Assembly: GCA_039794085.1 (NCBI GenBank)
Contig: JBDIWC010000085.1
Span: 1 to 11,808, forward strand
Direction: 5' to 3'
DNA length: 11,808 bases
DNA from: Gemmatimonadales bacterium
GTDB lineage: Bacteria; Gemmatimonadota; Gemmatimonadetes; Gemmatimonadales; GWC2-71-9
Under the pieces are notes generated by a model. The model saw only the letters and a list, made by a program, of their open reading frames with translations, ran no database searches and was not told the origin of the DNA. Below are positions 6,816 to 11,808 of this stretch, in pieces (positions within the stretch are counted from its first letter, which is position 1; each line of letters starts with the position of its first letter). The position numbers were made by a program, and so were the translations under genes.

Positions 6816-7633
6816 CAGATCGCCTCCCGCATCGCCCTTCTCCCCTCGGCCACGAACTCACTGAACGACTCGAGGTCGAAGGTGGCTCCGGACCCCACGG
6901 CGGGGCGCACATACCGGAGCGGAGGGAGATCGGACCGGGACCGCCACCAGGCGAGTTCGAGCTCGGAAAGGCCCGCCATCATGATGCGTGATGAATCGTT
7001 GTGCACATGGAGCAGTGGCGGCACCCGGTGGGCCCGCTGCGCCGCCGGGCTGTCGAACCCCGGTCCCACATCGACGGCGATCACCACGCCAGCCGGAAAG
7101 CGGGCCGCCACTCGCAGGGGCACCGCACCCCGCAATCCTCCGTCCGCCAGTCGTCGTCCATCGATGTGACCCGGAGGGTACCAGACCGGGAGCGCGCACG
7201 CGGCGTAGAGGACATCGGCGAGAGGCGCATCGGCTCCCCCGTCTCCAAACACCACCTGCTCCCCGGTGTCGAGATCGGTCGTGGTCACCGACAGTGGGAC
7301 GCGCAACTCGGAGAACCGCACGGCCGGAACCAGCCGCTCGATGGTCCGATGCAGCGGATCACCCCGAAGCAGAGCCCGGGCCAGCCAACCGCGCACCACC
7401 GAGACGGCCGACACCTGAGCCACATCGCTCCGGATCACCCCACCGAGCCGGCGGATCGCCTCCTCGGGCGAGAGCCCGGCGGCAAGCACCGCCGCCATCA
7501 CGGCACCCATCGAGGTGGCCACATAGCGGTCGGGAGCAAGCCCTCGCGCCATGAGCACATCGACCGCCCCGAGATGAGCCGCCGCCTTGGCCCCCCCTCC
7601 GCTCAACACGGCGGTCACCGGACCGTGGATCAT
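6815..7633 (-). CDS. Patatin-like phospholipase family protein
   Basis: LSGGGAKAAAHLG glycine loop, ATSMG nucleophile elbow, DGG motif. ATG at 7633 overlaps the upstream stop (ATGA). Confidence 0.9.
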   Translation of the reverse strand: MIHGPVTAVLSGGGAKAAAHLGAVDVLMARGLAPDRYVATSMGAVMAAVLAAGLSPEEAIRRLGGVIRSDVAQVSAVSVVRGWLARALLRGDPLHRTIERLVPAVRFSELRVPLSVTTTDLDTGEQVVFGDGGADAPLADVLYAACALPVWYPPGHIDGRRLADGGLRGAVPLRVAARFPAGVVIAVDVGPGFDSPAAQRAHRVPPLLHVHNDSSRIMMAGLSELELAWWRSRSDLPPLRYVRPAVGSGATFDLESFSEFVAEGRRAMREAI

Positions 7634-8094
7634 CGATCCCTGTGCGCTTCGCGCCACGCTCGGGCTCGCTCATGCCGGGCCCGTTCCTCGTCCGTTTCCG
7701 GAACGAGACGCGGCACCCGGACCGGCTTCCGGCTTCGGTCGATCGCCACGAACACGGCATGGGCCACGTGCGTGTGGGTTCGCTCCCCGGTCCGGACATC
7801 CTCGGCATACACGTTGACGGTGATGTCCATGGAGGAGTTCCCCACGTAGTCCACGCTGCTGTAGCAGGTGACGAGTGCTCCCACCGGAATGGGGTGCCGG
7901 AAGTCCACCCGGTCGATGCTGGCCGTCACCGCGGCACAACCGGCGTGCCGGATCGCCGCGACGGCCGCGGCCTGGTCCACCAGCGCCATGAGGTGCCCGC
8001 CGAAGAGGTCGCCGAGGATGTTCTGCATGTGCGGCATCACGAAGGTGGTGATCTCGCCGCGGGAATAGGACATCGGCCGGGATTCGGGAATCAT
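7630..8094 (-). CDS. Acyl-CoA thioesterase (hotdog fold, YciA-like)
   Basis: Motifs NILGDLFGGHLMALVD, VTASIDRVDF, VGNSSMDI, VFVAID. ATG at 8094 avoids overlap with nadE. Confidence 0.92.
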   Translation of the reverse strand: MIPESRPMSYSRGEITTFVMPHMQNILGDLFGGHLMALVDQAAAVAAIRHAGCAAVTASIDRVDFRHPIPVGALVTCYSSVDYVGNSSMDITVNVYAEDVRTGERTHTHVAHAVFVAIDRSRKPVRVPRLVPETDEERARHERARAWREAHRDR

Positions 8095-8113
8095 CGCGTC
8101 TCTCTGGGCGGGG

Positions 8114-9907
8114 TCAGTAGTCCACCGGGCGGAGATAGTACTCCCCAATGGCCGTGGAACTCACCATCGCCACGGTGGGAAGTCGCCGCTTCCAGTGCGT
8201 GCTGTCGAGCCGGTGACGCACCAGCTCCACCTCCGCCTCCTCGAATCCGAGTGCCACGATCGACGCGGGCGCGTGTCCGGAGAGGAGCCAGTGGAGGATG
8301 CGGTCGGCTCGCGGATAGGTGATGCCGATGTCGGCCTCGTCGGTCTGCCCCACCACCAGATCGGCGGTGGCCGGCTTGTCGACGATCACCGCGGGCACGC
8401 CGAGGTGACGGGCCAGGTTCCACACCTGGGTCTTGAAGAGGTCTCCAATGGGATTGACCGGCGGCGCGTCGTCGGCGTGCCAGGTGAAATATCCGAAGAG
8501 TCTCTCGGTCTTGTTCCCGGTGCCAAGCGGGAGCGCCGCGTGGGCGGCGGACCGATCGAAAAGGGTGACCATGCGGATCCGTGCCATGATGTTGCCGAGC
8601 CGCGTGGCATCGGGCGCTTCGGGAAGCCGGCCGGCCAGACCATCCACCGCCTCGCTGATGTCGACCACCTCGGTGCCGACGCCGGTCGACTCCACCACAA
8701 GCCGGGCATGGGCCAGGCTCTCGGGGCTCGACGTCCGGTACGGCATGCACACCGCCGTTACCTGCTCCGGTCCGAGCGCCTCGGCGGCGAGGAAGGTGAC
8801 GAGCGCGCTGTCCACCCCTCCCGAGAGCCCGATCACCGCGTGGGAAAACCCGCGCCGCCGCTGCACCTCATCCTGAATGAACGCCACGAGCCAGCGGCGG
8901 GCCAGCTCGGGATCGATGGCCAGCGGGTCTCGTCCCGCCTGCTCGCCGAGCCGCACGGCCTGCGGGGCAAGGGCCGGCGAGGGATGAAGGCGGAGCGGCG
9001 TGGGTGACGTGTGTGCTGGTGGAGCATGTGGGGAGACGCCATCGAGCGCCTCGACCAGATGGGGGAGCCGCATCTCCAGGTCGGACAGCAACGGAGCATC
9101 GGCCCGGGCCCGGTCGATCTCCCCGAGGTCCACCTCGACGCGCAGCACATCCTCCTCGAACACCGCCCCTCGCGCCAGCACCTCTCCCGAGGGGCCCACC
9201 ACGAGCGATCCCCCCGGGAACCCCTTCCCCCCTTCGAACCCGACCAGCTGGGCCAGCACGACGTAGACCCCGTGCTCTGCGGCGATGCTCCGGACCACCC
9301 GCTCCCATCTCTCCATACTCCCCGGACGGCCGGTGCCGCATTCGTCCTGGGCCAGGCCCCGGGCGGGGCTCGCGCTCGGAATCGCGATCAGCTTGGCCCC
9401 GCGGAGTGCCGCGATGGTCGGCACCAGGGAGTGCCACGCATCCTCGCAGACGATCGCCGCGGTGCGACCGAGGGCGAGATCGAAGGCCTCGACCCGAAGC
9501 CCCGGCTCCACGAACCGCTCCTCATCGAAGACCCCATAGGTCGGGAGGAAGATCTTCCGGTGAACGTGGCGGATCCCCGCGTCGGGTCCGCCAAGCCGGA
9601 CCGCGAGGGCGGAATTGTAGAGGCGGGTCTGCCAGAGTTCGTAGAAACCGAGGATCAGATCGAAGGGTGGAGCACCACTTCGGGTGTGCACCGCGGCGAG
9701 GTCGTGGAAGAGCTGTTCGGCGCTCCGGGCCAGTTCCCGTACGCCTCCCTCCAGGAAATACCCGGTGAGACAGGCCTCGGGAAGAACGACCAGATCGGGC
9801 GGGGAATCATCCCCGGCCAGAGTCTCGACGATCTGGCCCAGGCGCGCCAGGTTCTCGGCGATGGCACCCTTGCGGGGGCGGAACTGGATGACGGCGATTC
9901 GCAGCAT
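8114..9907 (-). CDS. nadE: NAD+ synthetase with fused N-terminal nitrilase-family (glutaminase) domain
   Basis: Nitrilase triad motifs LPE, HRKIFLPTYGVFDE and CED. Synthetase motifs GLSGGVDSA, GNIMARIRM, GTGNKTE, GQTDE. Confidence 0.93.
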   Translation of the reverse strand: MLRIAVIQFRPRKGAIAENLARLGQIVETLAGDDSPPDLVVLPEACLTGYFLEGGVRELARSAEQLFHDLAAVHTRSGAPPFDLILGFYELWQTRLYNSALAVRLGGPDAGIRHVHRKIFLPTYGVFDEERFVEPGLRVEAFDLALGRTAAIVCEDAWHSLVPTIAALRGAKLIAIPSASPARGLAQDECGTGRPGSMERWERVVRSIAAEHGVYVVLAQLVGFEGGKGFPGGSLVVGPSGEVLARGAVFEEDVLRVEVDLGEIDRARADAPLLSDLEMRLPHLVEALDGVSPHAPPAHTSPTPLRLHPSPALAPQAVRLGEQAGRDPLAIDPELARRWLVAFIQDEVQRRRGFSHAVIGLSGGVDSALVTFLAAEALGPEQVTAVCMPYRTSSPESLAHARLVVESTGVGTEVVDISEAVDGLAGRLPEAPDATRLGNIMARIRMVTLFDRSAAHAALPLGTGNKTERLFGYFTWHADDAPPVNPIGDLFKTQVWNLARHLGVPAVIVDKPATADLVVGQTDEADIGITYPRADRILHWLLSGHAPASIVALGFEEAEVELVRHRLDSTHWKRRLPTVAMVSSTAIGEYYLRPVDY

Positions 9908-9914
9908 CGGGAGA

Positions 9915-9920
9915 ATAGTA
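9915..9920 (-). promoter_or_regulatory. Putative -10 box (TACTAT) 7 nt upstream of the nadE ATG; possible leaderless start
   Basis: The minus strand reads TACTAT-TCTCCCG-ATG with no Shine-Dalgarno. Confidence 0.45.
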
Positions 9921-9921
9921 A

Positions 9922-10004
9922 GGGGGTAGGGTGTAGGGAGTAGGGTGTAGGGGGCAACGAAAGGCGGTGGGCGGTGGGCGGTGGGGCTGACATCCCATGT
10001 CCCA
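9922..10004. repeat. Three consecutive heptamer tracts: (GGGnGTA)5, (GGCGGTG)3, (CATCCCA TGTCCCA)
   Basis: Read directly at 9922-9956, 9963-9983 and 9991-10004. Confidence 0.85.
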
Positions 10005-10375
10005 AGCCGGCAGAGCCGGAACCACAGAGGCGCGTCGGGGTTTCACGTGGGTCTTCGGGCATGGGTTCCGGTCCTGCCCGAGTACCTCTCCACAGCCCCA
10101 GAGCCCACCACAAGAAGCACAAAAGGCACAAATGTCTCGCGTTCTTGGGAGGGCCTCTCCGCACAGAGGGTGTGCCTCTTGTGACTTCTGCGCTTCTTGT
10201 GGCCATTTGGCGCGGCCGATGCGATCAACGTGTCTCTCACCCACCCGACACGGTGAAGAGCCTCCCAATGGCCAGCCGTCACGAACGCCGTGACCCCCAC
10301 ACGCCCGACGGGGGGGTCGGGAGTCGCCCCAAATGTTGTTGCCGTTTTGTGTTCACCTTTGTCCGTAAGGGACTA
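10005..10375. mobile_element. Repeat-targeting non-coding element, copy 3 (371 bp)
   Basis: Same two ends as copy 2. Flanked by identical TGTCCCA at 9998-10004 and 10376-10382. Confidence 0.78.
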
Positions 10376-10423
10376 TGTCCCATGTCCTGCGTCCCGGGAA
10401 GTCGCGTGTCGGATTGGTATGGA

Positions 10424-10444
10424 AGCGGTAGGCGGTAGGCGGTC
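10424..10444. repeat. Heptamer tandem repeat (GGCGGTA)-type x3
   Basis: AGCGGTA GGCGGTA GGCGGTC. Confidence 0.7.
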
Positions 10445-10491
10445 GTAGGGACGAATCACATCTGCCCGAATACCATTGGCCCTGAATGATC

Positions 10492-10570
10492 AGGCTCCTC
10501 AGGCATCGGCATGGGTTCGTGTCCAGCCGGAGTGCCTGACCTCCCGCAGAGCCAGCCACAAGAAGCACCA
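10492..10570. repeat. Isolated fragment homologous to the element interior (461-540)
   Basis: GGCTCCTCAGGCATCGGCATGGGTTCGTGTCC...CAGAGCCAGCCACAAGAAGCAC versus GGCTCTTCCGGCTTCGGCATGGGTTCCTGTCC...CAGAGCCAACCACAAGAAGCAC. Confidence 0.75.
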
Positions 10571-10642
10571 GAGCAGAACGCGGATCTGGAACGGCCTTCC
10601 GTACGGTGGCGACGACGGTGATTCGGCGGGGAGACAAACTGG

Positions 10643-10721
10643 AACCACGAAATACACGAAAACACACGAAAGAAAGCCCCCCTCCATCCCCGTTCGTGTC
10701 CTTTCGCGTCTTTTCGTGGTT
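10643..10721. repeat. Inverted repeat AACCACGAAATACACGAAAACACACGAAA ... TTCGTGTCCTTTCGCGTCTTTTCGTGGTT
   Basis: Three CACGAA sub-units per arm, complementary to the other arm. Confidence 0.85.
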
Positions 10722-10890
10722 GACTCTTCCCCTCCACGGCTCCGCGCCTCCGCGTGACCCGCTGTCCTCTCGCGGGCCACGCCAGGCCCGACCCACGCAC
10801 ACCCGGAGGAGCCAATAATCATTTGCCCTCGTCAGACCGACATTATCTTCAGAACGACACCACCACCTGCCCTTTTCTCAGGACGCAGCC

Positions 10891-11355
10891 ATGCCAACCA
10901 AGCCCATCGACGCCCTCGCCGGTGTCCCGAATGCCTGTCAGGTCCTTCCCCACGTGGTGACCGGGGGCCAGCCGTCCGCCGAGCAGTTCGCCGCCCTGCG
11001 AGAGGCCGGCGTGGAGGTCGTCATCGACCTCCGGGATCCGATGGAACCACGTCCCTGCGATCAGCCGGAGCTGATGCGGGAACTCGGGTTTGAATACATC
11101 AACATCCCCATCACACCCGCCACGATGACCCCGGAGAATCTCGACCGGGTGCTCACCGCAGTGCGGGCGGTTGGTACCCGGCCCATGCTGGTGCACTGCG
11201 CGAGCGGCAACCGGGTCGGCGGCGCCCTCTACCCCTGGCTGGTGCTCGATCACGGGTTCAGCGAGGAGGACGCCACCACTGCGGCGATGCGAATGGGGCT
11301 CCGGAGCGTGGAGGTGCTGGAGTGGGGGAAGGGGGGAGTAGGGAGTAGGGAGTAG
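10891..11355 (+). CDS. CX5R protein-tyrosine-phosphatase-like / DUF442 (Blh-type) sulfurtransferase domain protein
   Basis: Motifs TGGQP, VIDLR and LVHCASGNRVG (HCxSGxR). AGGA lies upstream of the ATG. Confidence 0.85.
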   Translation: MPTKPIDALAGVPNACQVLPHVVTGGQPSAEQFAALREAGVEVVIDLRDPMEPRPCDQPELMRELGFEYINIPITPATMTPENLDRVLTAVRAVGTRPMLVHCASGNRVGGALYPWLVLDHGFSEEDATTAAMRMGLRSVEVLEWGKGGVGSRE

Positions 11356-11361
11356 GGAGTG
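11334..11361. repeat. Heptamer tandem repeat (GGGAGTA)3 GGGAGTG overlapping the CDS end
   Basis: Read directly; supplies the TAG stop at 11353-11355. Confidence 0.9.
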
Positions 11362-11370
11362 GGGGATGCC

Positions 11371-11406
11371 GTCATTGCGAGGAGACGCAGCCGACGACGC
11401 AATCTC
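11371..11406. repeat. Single REP-like arm GTCATTGCGAGGAG...CGACGACGCAATCTC
   Basis: Internal ATTGCG/CGCAAT stem; begins GTCAT like the 6561 element. Confidence 0.65.
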
Positions 11407-11552
11407 CGTGAGCAGATGCCCGATCGACGGGAAGACAGGCCGGCCTTCATGCCGACGCCCCGCAGAACAAGGCTACGTGTTGGACGACCGTTTCCCTTCG
11501 AGGGGTGATCAACCGGCCACCACACACAATTCCTGATGCCCCCGACGCCCCC

Positions 11553-11630
11553 GACACCCCCGGCGCCCGCCGGAATCCAGTGTCATTCCCGACATCCGGC
11601 AAGATAGACCCCGGCGTTCGCCGGGGTGAC
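11553..11630. repeat. Degenerate REP-like inverted pair ending ACCCCGGCGTTCGCCGGGGTGAC
   Basis: Perfect hairpin at 11608-11627; 11553-11580 is a decayed inverted partner. Confidence 0.65.
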
Positions 11631-11647
11631 GATCCGAGCCCGTTCGA

Positions 11648-11696
11648 GCTCCCTCTCCCTATTCCCCTCTCCCTATTCCCGACTCCCTATTCCCTA
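11648..11696. repeat. Heptamer tandem repeat, alternating CTCCCTA / TTCCCnn x7
   Basis: GCTCCCT CTCCCTA TTCCCCT CTCCCTA TTCCCGA CTCCCTA TTCCCTA. Confidence 0.9.
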
Positions 11697-11808
11697 AGCC
11701 GGCAGAGCCGGAACCAAAGAGGCTTACACACTCGGAGCCACAGATACTGCCCGGGTATGCTCGCGGTCTGCGGGGTTCCTACTCCCAAGACCAGATGCGG
11801 CCCGACAC
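11697..11808. mobile_element. Repeat-targeting element, copy 4 (only one end in window)
   Basis: Begins AGCCGGCAGAGCCGGAACCAAAGAGGC immediately after TTCCCTA. The interior then diverges from copies 2 and 3. Confidence 0.65.

Noticed and set aside
10005..10040. GAGCCG motif as group II intron domain V
   Set aside because: The rest of the domain V/VI consensus is missing and there is no reverse transcriptase.
9974..10822. Short ORFs across the repeat regions (also 214-839, 6626-6991, 11250-11525)
   Set aside because: They translate repeat DNA (e.g. HKKHKRH, CAFCASCG), and frames are not preserved between copies.

Overview
High-GC bacterial chromosomal window; Gemmatimonadota-like gene content is an unverified impression. 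It holds ordinary housekeeping genes: a minus-strand mlaE-mlaF-mlaD-rnz-DUF2238 run, a divergent short mutY, a DUF2203 gene plus a membrane protein, a nadE / acyl-CoA thioesterase / patatin run, and a CX5R phosphatase/sulfurtransferase-like gene. The unusual content is non-coding. Four copies of a ~370-415 bp element are present (1..315 partial, 323..735, 10005..10375, 11697..>11808 partial). They have conserved but non-inverted ends, AGCCGGC-nGA-GCCGGAACCA and GTTGCCGTTTTG(T/C)GTTCA..TGTCCGTAAGGGACTA, each containing a small hairpin. Every visible junction lies in the same phase and orientation within a 7-bp tandem repeat, which suggests a non-autonomous mobile family that targets heptamer repeats. 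The larger intergenic spaces are layered stacks of heptamer tracts and several families of REP-like inverted repeats. No mobilising enzyme is encoded in the window.
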